From: Strigamia acuminata
Taxonomy: Eukaryota
Assembly: GCA_949358305.1 (NCBI GenBank)
Contig: OX442314.1
Span: 4,216,001-4,280,000, forward strand
Length of the DNA stretch: 64,000 nt
Direction: 5' to 3'
This document shows positions 26,785-38,800 of this stretch, piece by piece. Position 1 is the first letter of the stretch; each line of letters begins with the position of its first letter. A program made the position numbers and the translations under genes. The notes beneath the pieces are model-generated. The model did not search any database. It was not told the origin of the DNA and saw nothing but the letters and a program-made list of their open reading frames with translations.

Positions 26785-27571
26785 ATTGCCTTTTGTGAAG
26801 GTGAATTTACCACTTTGTGAATGTTCGAACGCTATGCACGATCAATACGGCGTCATAAGTAAATTGATTGACATCACAGATCCAACTTCTTCTTGTTCGT
26901 GTCGCCGTCCATGTCAGCAAATAGCTTTTACACCATACACAGATCCAGGTGAAGCAGATAATAAAAAAATAATGACCTTAACTTTTGAACTAACGAATGA
27001 GAATATCAACGTGTATGAAGAACGCTACATCTACGACATTATTGCCTTACTGTCAGATTTAGGAGGCAATCTTGGCCTGTTTCTGGGTCTATCGTTGCTC
27101 TCATTACCTGAAATCACTTGGTATTTGCATTGGATTGTAACAAACCGCAAAAGAAATGGCGATGAGATTCACCATCTTCATGAGATATGCAAAAAAGAAG
27201 TCATTGTGAGTGAAGAGCAAATTAAAACTAAAGGAGTATTAAGAAAGCTTAAGTTTGTGCTAGTTGTAATTAGTACAGGATTGACTTTATACTTGTTGCA
27301 ATATCGCTTAAACTACTATATGGAAGAACCTGTGTCAAAGGTTGTTACCATAGTTCAACGTTGCCACACGGAATTTCCTTCTGTCACACTTTGTGCTGAA
27401 ATTCGTACTGATAAAATGGAACAAGCCAGATTGCAGTTGCTTAACCAGACAAACAAAACCTGCGATGACATGTCACCCTGGAAATTAGTCAGCAATCAAT
27501 TGTCCAAGGAAGATGTTTGGAAGACTCTTAATATCCATCCAACACTTCAATTTAATGACAAGATTACCAAA
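26785..27571 (+). CDS. DEG/ENaC exon 6: TM2 of repeat 1, linker and TM1 of repeat 2
   Basis: CSCRRPC...LLSDLGGNLGLFLGLSLLS, then with no stop FVLVVISTGLTLYLLQ..YYMEEPV..EFPSVTLC; AAA|GTATGT donor. Confidence 0.93.
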
Positions 27572-27633
27572 GTATGTGGGTAAATGAAAACAACTACCAT
27601 ACAAAGTATAATGTATTTAATTAATATATATAG

Positions 27634-27721
27634 TATGTTTTTGGTTATGAAACAACAATACTAAATATAACAACAAGACTAATCCTGCTACCCTTTGGTA
27701 ATTGTTCACAAGTGAAGACAG
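27634..27721 (+). CDS. DEG/ENaC exon 7 (parallels exon 2)
   Basis: YVFGYETTILNITTRLILLPFGNCSQVKT; CAG|GTAATG donor, phase 1. Confidence 0.8.
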
Positions 27722-28114
27722 GTAATGTCCATTATGTGGGAAAGTTGTAACCCCGTACAAAAAATACACCTGTTCTAATCAAGCACAGGTGTTGCACTGA
27801 TTGTTGCACTGATTGTTGCAATTAAATCCATACCACGGTGTGAGAGAACAGGTATTGAAACGACTCCCCTAGCTTTGATCCGAAAAGTGTTCCAGTAAGG
27901 AAACTTATCTCCAAGTGACGCTAAAAACATGTGGGCCAACCCAGTCATCGAGCCCGTAAATTACGTCATTAAATAATAACTCGAAAAAAAAATGAGTTTG
28001 CTGCGCTAATATACTTATTTTAGACCATGTGGTCTGAGCTAAGGTAATTTAAATACGGACATGTGTGTTCGAATGGCCTGCTTGTTCCCATTTGCGCATG
28101 ATGGCAAATTACAG

Positions 28115-28200
28115 AACTGGAACATTTAAAGGAACACATGTTCTTGGCCATTTTGTATAATAGCTTCAACATCTGTTCTTTTACACTGTGGTCCAGTTAC
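28115..28200 (+). CDS. Tentative DEG/ENaC exon 8 (would parallel exon 3)
   Basis: Only open phase-1-to-0 candidate found; LEHLKEHMFLAILYNSFNICSFTLWSSY; weak splice sites (ttacag / GTTAAG). Confidence 0.3.
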
Positions 28201-29912
28201 GTTAAGAATGGAAGATCCGAGCTGACCTAATTGTTTCGACAATCACTCATTGTGCATGGTGTACTCGTATTACTACTGACAATGCACCACTAGCTAAAGG
28301 CTTTTAGCACATGAGAGTCTTAGAACCACAAGCATTTCTGGAGTCTTGCACATTTAAAGAGGTGTTGATATACTCAAAACCACCACAACGTTTACCTATT
28401 TCAGCCGGTTTACGCCTAACTGTGTACTGTGCTCTACTACGTGGAAAAGTAGTTCTGTGCCTTTGACAATGTTGGTAATCGATCACAATGTCTGGAGTTC
28501 TTTACAAATATGGTGTTATGAGCTACTTTTTTGTGCCACTACACCAGTGATATGGCTCGAACAATAGGTCAACATTGTGGTGGTTTTGAGTATAGATATA
28601 TTGATATAGATCTTTCAAATTTCTTTAGAAAAATCAAACTATTTAACAGCAGCACTTATGATTGCGTTGCTAGGACTTTATCCTCCAGAAGTTTGCAATC
28701 AATATATATGGGTATGATTAAAGTGAAATAAGTGGCACAAAAAATTATTTAACTAACTAATCTAACTAACAAGCAAATTCAATAATTTGCCATACTGTCT
28801 CAAATAACCGCCGGAGTGTTTATTACTTTTCCCGACCCGACCACCCGGCGTCTATATGAAGCGCTGTGCTTATTCGGGCCCGACGCCTGTTTGAACCCGG
28901 TATTAAAATGAGGCCGTATGGTAATCACCCCCGTTTTATACTCATTTTCCACTGAAGAATGACTTAAAATTATGACGGTTTACAATGGCTATAAATGCCT
29001 ATTTTCTATCAAGAAAGCGCTGTTGCGCCAATATGATGGTATTTTTACAATATTCTGTGTAAAACTGATAAATGTCTAGAATAAAGTCATTTATGATGTT
29101 TCAAATACAAAGATGTTCGTTTATTAAGAATAAACACTAATTTCCACATGATACTAAAGTATCACGGCATAATTACGAAGATTCGTCTGCTAAAACCCGC
29201 ATTTGTCAATGCTCCATATTGCCACTAGATGGCGCGATCGCAATTAGCGATAAATTCGAATACGAACTTGAAAACCTCATGATTAAATATAAACGTATAT
29301 TTAATCAAGTGAATAAATTGTGTTAAATATTAATATAAATATATATTAAGTATCTGACATTGTTAAATACAATGTAACTTCCATTTCTGCGGGACAGAAT
29401 GTTTAGCGATCAATCGGTCAACCGATCAATCTGATTGGTGGAACCCATTTCCGGTCCTGGGTATCCAGTTCCGGTTGTAACAAGGATTAGCATAATTTGC
29501 ATAAATGCTCCTCCGTATCCACTTCCGGTGATACGGGATTGGAGGGATTCGTGGAACCCATGTTCCAATTGGATGACTGGATTAATCCTTAAATCCAGTC
29601 AGGTTATATAAACCCAAACAATCGGCCATTCCGCAGCTCTGTTTGATTATTTCTGTTTGGTATTGTTACTTAAGAAGTATGATTCGTTGTTCACGTAAAA
29701 AACCTTTTGGTTCTTTGTTGATTTATTCGCAAAGAACCGTTGCATGATTCTACAGAATCATGCCACCGCCGGCAATTGAAGTCGAAGTGCTGGGATTATT
29801 ATGTTGCATAAATGTTACAGTCTACGGTTGCGACGCCGAAGGAGAACCCGCCGTTGTGCAATTCAGTATCCTCCGGACAGGACCAAGTTGTCTTTTTCGG
29901 TATGAACGTATT

Positions 29913-30055
29913 CCGTTACCACGAGTAGCATCGGTATTGTTGAGAATCGGTTCCTTCACCTGATGGTGCCAAAGCAGTCTGTTTTACAGTAACCACGAGT
30001 AGCACCAAGTGTTTGGCAAGCTGATTCTCATGGTATTCGATGCCAAAGCAGTCGG
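29913..30055 (+). other. Two-fold symmetric RNA hairpin with two identical internal loops (second copy 37427-37569)
   Basis: ACCACGAGTA and CAAAGCAGT each occur twice; the arms between them are complementary with many G.U pairs. Confidence 0.7.
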
Positions 30056-30877
30056 TCTATTATTAGTACCGCGAGAGATAAAACTGCTGTGCGGAGCCGC
30101 GAGCTATCGACCCCTGTGTACGTGGTACCGTCAACCACTCGATGGACGACCGTGCTGCGACGCCGGGGACGCTTGATACCGTTCTGCATGGCAAGGCGTA
30201 TATTCTAATCGATGGCAATTGTGTGTTGCGACGGGAAGCTTAATCTTCATTTTATTTATAACAGAAAAACTTAAACTCGACAACCAGTTGGACCAAAATC
30301 AAGTCAGAAGACTTAATCTCATATTGAACTCAATATAACCGATAAGTTGACGACAACTTATTCCCGAAATATCTAAATAAGAATTCACAACGATATGAAT
30401 TAAATATAATTCATAAGTGGAATATTGATAAGTAAATGAATACATTTACTTACACCAATATCCTCCCAAAGTTGTGGCGGTGCAGACAAAGTCAACCGCA
30501 ATGCTCAGATCATTCGATTTATCGACGTGCGATAGTTTACACAGCGAACCAAGGAAACCAGCGAAGCCGTATCGGACTCCAGGACACAGCCATCCGGCTT
30601 AAGATGACATCTATAATCAGGTCGAGCGATGGGGAAACCGCTCCCATATTCCAGACCCGTAGTGATATTATTCTAGGGCCAGTTGGCCAATTCTTTGTAT
30701 AGTTTAATAGCTGATTTAACTTGCCAAATGTCGGCATTAGTCCTATGTATAATTTAGCTCATCCATATTGTTTGCCAACAATAAACTGTCTTGTATTTAT
30801 CTCGTATTGTATTCACTGTTTATTTATTGCGATCTCTTCCCGGTACCATTGTTAAATGGGAGTTGTGGTCGTCACCG

Positions 30878-31500
30878 TCACACGTGGAGGTCCCACCGAG
30901 ATTAGGTTGCAATTAAATTCGATTGAATTGCAACAGTGAATATTGGAGATAAATATTTAACTAAAAGATTTAAGTTAAAAATAGACAGATTAAATTTTCA
31001 GTTTATATTTCCATGTGAAGAAGTTAAACTGATGAAATAGAAATACGTAGTAGATTTTCCTTCATTATTTTCGTTTGAAGATTTTAGGGATTTCAAAGAC
31101 TACCACCTAATCTCACACGTGGAGGTCCCACCGAGATTAGGTTGCAATTAAATTCGATAGAATTGTAAAAGTGAATTTTGAGATAAATATTTAACTAAAA
31201 GATTTAGTTAAAAAACAGACAAGTTTCAAACCATGTTTATTTTCTTGAGAAACACCAAAACAGTCCTTTAACTAGGAATTTCGGAAGTTATAGACCTATC
31301 ACACGATCACTGAAATAGGTTGCAAATTAATTCGATCGAATTGCAAAAGCGAATCTTGAATCCGATATTAACTAAAAAATTTTAGTTAAAACAGACAAAT
31401 AGATTTTCAGTTTATATTTTCATGTGAAAAGTTAAACTGACGAAATGGAAACGTTTAGTGAACTCTCTTTACTATTTTCGTTCGACAATTTAAGGAATAC
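30878..31500 (+). repeat. Three degenerate ~190-235-bp tandem units that include the LTR end and PBS
   Basis: TCACACGTGGAGGTCCCACCGAGATTAGGTTGCAATTAAATTCGAT at 30878 and 31113; degenerate third unit at ~31298. Confidence 0.85.
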
Positions 31501-34066
31501 GAAGTATTTTAAATAAGAAATCAAAAAAGTTTCGAGTGAAATAAGAATACAGATATTTTTTTTCGAAGTTTGTTTTATTTCGAAAAGCTAAAAACATACA
31601 AGTTTAGAAGGCGGACTTCTTACGAATTTATCTTTCCACCTGAAAAGTTAAAACGAAGAAAACACCGCAACTATTTGGAAATATTTACAAGAAATTAAGT
31701 TTCTTGTAACTGTACGTCGACACCGATAGCCAGCGACCACGCGCCATAGCAATACGCGTCGATCTCCGTATCAAACGCAGCAGGGAAGCTACTCAAACCT
31801 TCAATGCAAGGTGCGAACGAATGCTTGGAAATTATGGCGGACAACAGATAAAAGACAGCGGAGAAATGTTACAGAAGGTTCGTAGAGATTTATTTAAGTG
31901 TCGCGAACTAATTTTTCCACTGCCATCGGTACCGAAGATAATTTAGTTGTTGAAGAAAAACAACACACTCCATTTCGCAGAAAAGATTTGCAAATCGAAA
32001 TGAATATTACCTTTATTTGAAGGAATTAACTATTTTCACAAAAAGTACATTTTTTCCTTCGGGACAATGGAAATTAAGAAAATATAAAATGGCGGCGAAT
32101 GAAGTTGCCGACCACGTAGAATAGTATTTTTTACATTGAAAGTTACGAATCACGAAAAACGCTTTCCCTCGGAAAAGTAAAAGGATTTCATTCAATCTTT
32201 CCTTTCGGAAATTTAACAAGTGTTTTAAGTTTCCAACGATATTTGGGTCTCCCAAATTTTGAGAATTTCTAAATGAAATTTAGCTGTTTGAAAAACAACG
32301 AATATTTTTAGTAATCTAATCGGACATTTTCCCACATGATTTCTTAAAACCGGAATAACAAATCCATTTGTGGCTATGAACTTTGCCACATGAAATATTT
32401 ACGGAGCGAATATTTTTTGATTGGATTGAAGCTTTAAAATCAGATAGCTGATTTAAACGAAGAAAATAAGTTTCAAAGTAATTATTTTTCTTTCGGAAAA
32501 ATCAAATAAATCACCGCTGATGAAAAGTTGTATTTTTCCATTCGAAAAAACTAAGAATTGCACAAGATTTATCTTCTATTTTGAACATAGATTTTATTCG
32601 GAAAAGGAAAGATTCTAGATACATTATTTTTCTCTAAAAATTAAGAATTTAGTCAATTTTCCTAAAGGTTAATGGAATGTCATCATATATTTCGTTCGTA
32701 ATTTACGTGTTAAAGTTTAATCAGAAAAACGATTGAATATGTTTTATTTGCGATAAGTAAAAGAAAGGTTCTTTAAAAATGGAATTTCGATGCAAATCCC
32801 ACAGTAAAGGGAATGTTATGTGTGAGCAATTAACGAAAAGTTGGAATAACTTCATTTTATTTCATTCAAAAGTAGTTGTGAAAAATCAATTTCAAATATT
32901 TTTCAAAGAAAAATTATTTTTATCGGAAAAAAGTAATTTACATGTCCTCGCGCGGACCGAGTAGTAAACTGCTTAATTGTGACATCGATACTGTTATTGT
33001 GTCACGTGTTATACGGAATTCCAAACCAGTGAATTACGAATTTTGGCGCGATAGGAATAGAAGTTTGACAGTGAAAGTTCTCCAGATTTGCCTTTTCATT
33101 TGAAAAGTTCAAATTGAGGAAATGCTGCAGCAGATGAAGGTATTTACGACAATTGAGATTTAAATATTCTTTCATTCAAAAGATAAAAGATCTCTGCAAA
33201 AACATCTCGTTATTAGAGATAAGGGGGACGAAAATTATTAAAACGAATAATCAAAGACACGTCCTTCGTAAATATCGCAAAGGAATAACTAATTGTGAAA
33301 ACAATTGTCCGCTCAGGAAAAGTGGAATTTAGCTAGATATTTTCTTTCGAAAAATCAAAGCAATTGTCATCAAAAAAGAAAGATTTGATGAATAATTTTT
33401 ACCCAAAAGTCTAAAGGATTGTCGAATAGTTTTCTCCCGAAAAACAAGTACACATTTGTACCAATAACTTTATCGTTTAAAGTAAAATTTCGAATATTTT
33501 CTTTTGGAAGATTAGAGAATTAGATAATTTTTCTCGCAAAACAAATTTAAAGAATTTTAACGAATTTTTATTTGTTAAAAAAATTTGTTAAAAAAGGGGG
33601 AGATGGATGGTGAAAATTTATTTTTTCACACTCGAAAAATGGAATTTAAACCCGAAAAAGTAAAGACTTGGTCAAATTATTCTTCCTATTGGAAATGAAT
33701 ACACAATGTTGGGAATCGAAAATAGATTTCAATTACAAAGGAATGATTATTTGAACGATAATTGAATAAGAATAAGAAAAATTGAGAGTTTGAGAAAACT
33801 TTATTAAAGTTGTGGTTGTAACGATATCACACACTAACGGAATAATTAAAAGAAAAATATTTTTTGAAGAAAAGTTATTTAATTATTTGGATTGGTAAAA
33901 ATCCCAAAGTTCAAGAAGATTGAAGTAAGTTTATTTTATTTTCATTTGAAAAATACAATATTTTACGAATGTCTTCCCGAAGGAATTTTATTTTATCGGT
34001 AAAATTGAATCTCGAAGGGAACGGACTTAGTAGAGAACTACTAAATAGATGTAACGTCCTTTATAC

Positions 34067-34165
34067 CATTGGCCGACACTAACATCCGCCAATCAGAAGT
34101 TGGGAGATCTAGGGATCCCCAGCCCCCTGCTATTAAAGGAGGACCAGATCAGATACTGATCATTC
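34067..34165 (+). promoter_or_regulatory. Putative internal Pol II promoter (CCAAT boxes, TATA, Inr)
   Basis: ATTGG at ~34068, CCAATCAG at ~34089, TATTAAAG at 34131, TCATTC at 34160 (TATA at -31 from the Inr A). Confidence 0.6.
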
Positions 34166-34407
34166 GCATCCAGACCAGACCAGAAGACGTGTTCCAGAGT
34201 CATCTTGACCACGCCGTCCCGATTTCAGTCACGATTCGAATTTTGTGTGCCGTGTAACCTGCAAAAGCTAACACGTGTCAAACAAACGCGAAGTTTAATT
34301 TTATTTTGTCAAAAGTAAAGTTTAGAAGTGTTTCTTGTTGAAAAGTGTATTATATTCGTCTTCTTTATAAATTAAAGAATTAAAATCGTCAGATTTTGAA
34401 TTTTTTT

Positions 34408-35889
34408 ATGGCTCAAAAACCATTGAATATGATCGATCCAAAAGGAAATAATAAGCAGACAAACTTAAATTTAAGTTCTGTACCACTTGGCGATCAAACA
34501 GAAAAGATTCCCGATCATTTTACTCTGTATTGTAATCGTCATGGACTGGATAAAACCAAGTTTAAAAATATAATCGAAGCTTCAGACTATGTAAAAGCTA
34601 GGAACTGGCGAGATCGTACCCAATCTCAATCTTCACATCAAGATCCAGTACGGAATCCACAAACATACAGCCGAAACTTAGTGAATCAAGATTCTCATAC
34701 TATGTTTCAAACATCCAGTAGGGGATCTAAGTTAGAAAAGTTTAAACCACCTAATTCGGTAGATAAGGGGGAAGAGAATTATAAACCTAATAATTCTCGT
34801 CCAGAGAGTTCGTTAACTAACCAGTCGGTTGTTCAGAACAAATTAAAACTCGTTTACAATCGAGATCAGCTAATTTCAGTTCGATATGCTAATCCAGCTG
34901 AAGCACAACGATATGTGGCTAGCCTTAATCTGTCGATTAACCTACCGCTATCAAAAGAATTGGGAACCGTAAACAAAAGTTTTGGGCCACCAATATCAAC
35001 GCAAAGGAAAGATATTCGGACTCCAAACAAACATTTGCAGTCAAATAACGTACAACAACGTGCCCGATCGCCGATCACAAACTCATGTTTGCGGACGTAT
35101 GATTTGTCTACCAAGAAGAGTCCCCAGCCAAGACAATTCTACCTAACGCCCATTTCAAATCGAAAAAAAGTCAAGCAAACTTTTCCCTTGAAAAAGTATT
35201 ACCAACACGATAATGAGAATGATTTTAAACCTAAAAAAGAAAGTTTTTTGACTAACCCACGGGAGATCCGGTATCAATTCGAACAGTATTGTAAACAATA
35301 CCAGTTAAATTCAGCTGAATTTAAAAATATAAACGAAGCGCAACAATTCGTATTTCGAAATCAATACCGTAACCAACGACTAAAACCCGTCCCAGTCGTC
35401 AATCTGACGGAGATACAACAATTTGCGTCTGGAAAGCAACCCTGCAATATCCAGAATAATTCATCTCAACGAGAGGAATTAAGAACTTCAAAAAAGCGTT
35501 TTCGGTCACCAAGTCCAGCTGGTGATGAAGAAACTTCAAGTACAAACCAACATGTTCAAAAACTGACTGAAAACCCAGGTTTCCAATCATCAGTTCCACG
35601 ACTTAGAGTCAAATATAGATCCCCTCGTTTGTTGCGGGATTTCACAATTCCAAATATGGGTCCTTTCCACGTATGGTTTTCCAATGAGGGTCCCATTCAT
35701 GTATGGTTTTCCAGAGATGACCTAAAACAAAAAGTTGGGTCGTCACGGTCATTTACACTGCCAAGTCAGTACACTGTATGTAACTGCCCAAAGGAAAAAC
35801 GTCGAAAGAAATCAGTACAGCAGGCTGAGAGATCTCGGAAATTCGCAAATATGCGAGCTCAATATTTAGCAAAGAATCATGTTGATTAA
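34408..35889 (+). CDS. Orphan 493-aa protein carried by the non-autonomous LTR element
   Basis: Long intact ORF in otherwise stop-rich AT DNA; internal repeated motif; no gag/PR/RT/RH/IN motifs recognised. Confidence 0.8.
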   Translation: MAQKPLNMIDPKGNNKQTNLNLSSVPLGDQTEKIPDHFTLYCNRHGLDKTKFKNIIEASDYVKARNWRDRTQSQSSHQDPVRNPQTYSRNLVNQDSHTMFQTSSRGSKLEKFKPPNSVDKGEENYKPNNSRPESSLTNQSVVQNKLKLVYNRDQLISVRYANPAEAQRYVASLNLSINLPLSKELGTVNKSFGPPISTQRKDIRTPNKHLQSNNVQQRARSPITNSCLRTYDLSTKKSPQPRQFYLTPISNRKKVKQTFPLKKYYQHDNENDFKPKKESFLTNPREIRYQFEQYCKQYQLNSAEFKNINEAQQFVFRNQYRNQRLKPVPVVNLTEIQQFASGKQPCNIQNNSSQREELRTSKKRFRSPSPAGDEETSSTNQHVQKLTENPGFQSSVPRLRVKYRSPRLLRDFTIPNMGPFHVWFSNEGPIHVWFSRDDLKQKVGSSRSFTLPSQYTVCNCPKEKRRKKSVQQAERSRKFANMRAQYLAKNHVD

Positions 35890-38800
35890 CATGATATGAT
35901 ACACAAAGATTCCCCGATTATAGTGTAAACAGAAAATCCTCTTCTAAAAATCATGACCTCTCTTCTAAAGAAAAGGGGGACAAAATATAAAGTTAAAATT
36001 AACAATTCTCGAAAAGTAATATTACAGTATTAAAAGACAACTAGTTTAAATTAAAATTAGTCAATTGTACAAAGAATACCAAGTGACTCCGGTCATGACA
36101 ATTAAGGGGGACATTTTGATTCTTAAATTGTCAACTCTTATCATCTAAAAGCTATTTATTGTATATTTATAGCGATACATCTGACTAGGCATATGAAATA
36201 AATATTTTGTGATAACACAAATGATGATTTTATGTATGACGAAAGTTTCTTCAAAAAGAAGACTTGGAAATAAATTCTGGACTTGAATTTAGGCTATTAG
36301 AAAAGATTATTTCGGCAGAAAATCAGAACTTAGATAATTCAAGTTAGTTTATGTAAACTCAAATTCGAAATTGGAAGTCACGGTATCTCCAAGATACATC
36401 AAGTCCGAAAATAGCATTTATGCTAATTAGGAGAATAACGAAAACTCTATAAAATATTATATAGTTGTGTTATTAAGGGGGATGTATGACGGTTTACAAT
36501 GGCTATAAATGCCTATTTTCTATCAAGAAAGCGCTGTTGCGCCAATATGATGGTATTTTTACAATATTCTGTGTAAAACTGATAAATGTCTAGAATAAAG
36601 TCATTTATGATGTTTCAAATACAAAGATGTTCGTTTATTAAGAATAAACACTAATTTCCACATGATACTAAAGTATCACGGCATAATTACGAAGATTCGT
36701 CTGCTAAAACCCGCATTTGTCAATGCTCCATATTGCCACTAGATGGCGCGATCGCAATTAGCGATAAATTCGAATACGAACTTGAAAACCTCATGATTAA
36801 ATATAAACGTATATTTAATCAAGTGAATAAATTGTGTTAAATATTAATATAAATATATATTAAGTATCTGACATTGTTAAATACAATGTAACTTCCATTT
36901 CTGCGGGACAGAATGTTTAGCGATCAATCGGTCAACCGATCAATCTGATTGGTGGAACCCATTTCCGGTCCTGGGTATCCAGTTCCGGTTGTAACAAGGA
37001 TTAGCATAATTTGCATAAATGCTCCTCCGTATCCACTTCCGGTGATACGGGATTGGAGGGATTCGTGGAACCCATGTTCCAATTGGATGACTGGATTAAT
37101 CCTTAAATCCAGTCAGGTTATATAAACCCAAACAATCGGCCATTCCGCAGCTCTGTTTGATTATTTCTGTTTGGTATTGTTACTTAAGAAGTATGATTCG
37201 TTGTTCACGTAAAAAACCTTTTGGTTCTTTGTTGATTTATTCGCAAAGAACCGTTGCATGATTCTACAGAATCATGCCACCGCCGGCAATTGAAGTCGAA
37301 GTGCTGGGATTATTATGTTGCATAAATGTTACAGTCTACGGTTGCGACGCCGAAGGAGAACCCGCCGTTGTGCAATTCAGTATCCTCCGGACAGGACCAA
37401 GTTGTCTTTTTCGGTATGAACGTATTCCGTTACCACGAGTAGCATCGGTATTGTTGAGAATCGGTTCCTTCACCTGATGGTGCCAAAGCAGTCTGTTTTA
37501 CAGTAACCACGAGTAGCACCAAGTGTTTGGCAAGCTGATTCTCATGGTATTCGATGCCAAAGCAGTCGGTCTATTATTAGTACCGCGAGAGATAAAACTG
37601 CTGTGCGGAGCCGCGAGCTATCGACCCCTGTGTACGTGGTACCGTCAACCACTCGATGGACGACCGTGCTGCGACGCCGGGGACGCTTGATACCGTTCTG
37701 CATGGCAAGGCGTATATTCTAATCGATGGCAATTGTGTGTTGCGACGGGAAGCTTAATCTTCATTTTATTTATAACAGAAAAACTTAAACTCGACAACCA
37801 GTTGGACCAAAATCAAGTCAGAAGACTTAATCTCATATTGAACTCAATATAACCGATAAGTTGACGACAACTTATTCCCGAAATATCTAAATAAGAATTC
37901 ACAACGATATGAATTAAATATAATTCATAAGTGGAATATTGATAAGTAAATGAATACATTTACTTACACCAATATCCTCCCAAAGTTGTGGCGGTGCAGA
38001 CAAAGTCAACCGCAATGCTCAGATCATTCGATTTATCGACGTGCGATAGTTTACACAGCGAACCAAGGAAACCAGCGAAGCCGTATCGGACTCCAGGACA
38101 CAGCCATCCGGCTTAAGATGACATCTATAATCAGGTCGAGCGATGGGGAAACCGCTCCCATATTCCAGACCCGTAGTGATATTATTCTAGGGCCAGTTGG
38201 CCAATTCTTTGTATAGTTTAATAGCTGATTTAACTTGCCAAATGTCGGCATTAGTCCTATGTATAATTTAGCTCATCCATATTGTTTGCCAACAATAAAC
38301 TGTCTTGTATTTATCTCGTATTGTATTCACTGTTTATTTATTGCGATCTCTTCCCGGTACCATTGTTAAATGGGAGTTGTGGTCGTCACCGTCACAAAAT
38401 CTCCCTTCCTAATAAAGGTTTCATATCCCAACATATTTATCCTAATTGATGCCAACTTCATCCCAATTTTTATTTTTATTTTTATTGTGATCAGAATGCT
38501 CTATTTTGCATAATTACATCAATCGAGGGACACTTTATCTAGTTCTAGGGGGGTCATGCAACCTGTTGGACACCCAAACTCTTATTGCTCATCAGGTCCA
38601 CCCCAACACGTCTCCCCTTTACATTTAGCAAAGTCGCATGTCACGTCATAGCAAACTTTTAATTCTTATAGGTATATAACCTATCATGTTTTAATGAATA
38701 AAGCCAGTCTATCCTGAACTAACATAACATGATCGCTCGAAACTCGTATCTCCCTTGCCAATAAGGTTCCACATCTCAACATATTTATCCTAATTAATGC

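Larger units (their letters stand above)
28971..38396 (+). mobile_element. Intact non-autonomous LTR element (Ty3/gypsy-type signals, no gag/pol)
   Basis: 1912-bp direct repeats at 28971-30882 and 36485-38396 (constant 7514 offset, no difference seen); TATGACGG..CCGTCACA ends; TSD AAAT; PBS TGGAGGTCCCACCGAGATT (tRNA-Gln) at 30885-30903; PPT AAGGGGGA before the 3' LTR. Confidence 0.95.

Noticed and set aside
29913..30055. Hairpin ribozyme (A-GUC sites)
   Set aside because: The loop A AGAA partner and loop B consensus were not found; kept only as a generic symmetric RNA structure
29760..30737. Short ORFs duplicated in both LTRs
   Set aside because: Their identity only reflects LTR identity; no independent coding evidence
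31025..31460. CTGATGA..GAAA and CTGACGA..GAAAC as hammerhead ribozyme cores (retrozyme idea)
   Set aside because: Only 4 nt separate the boxes, so stem II cannot form, and CTGA is tied up in a CAGTTTA/TAAACTG hairpin
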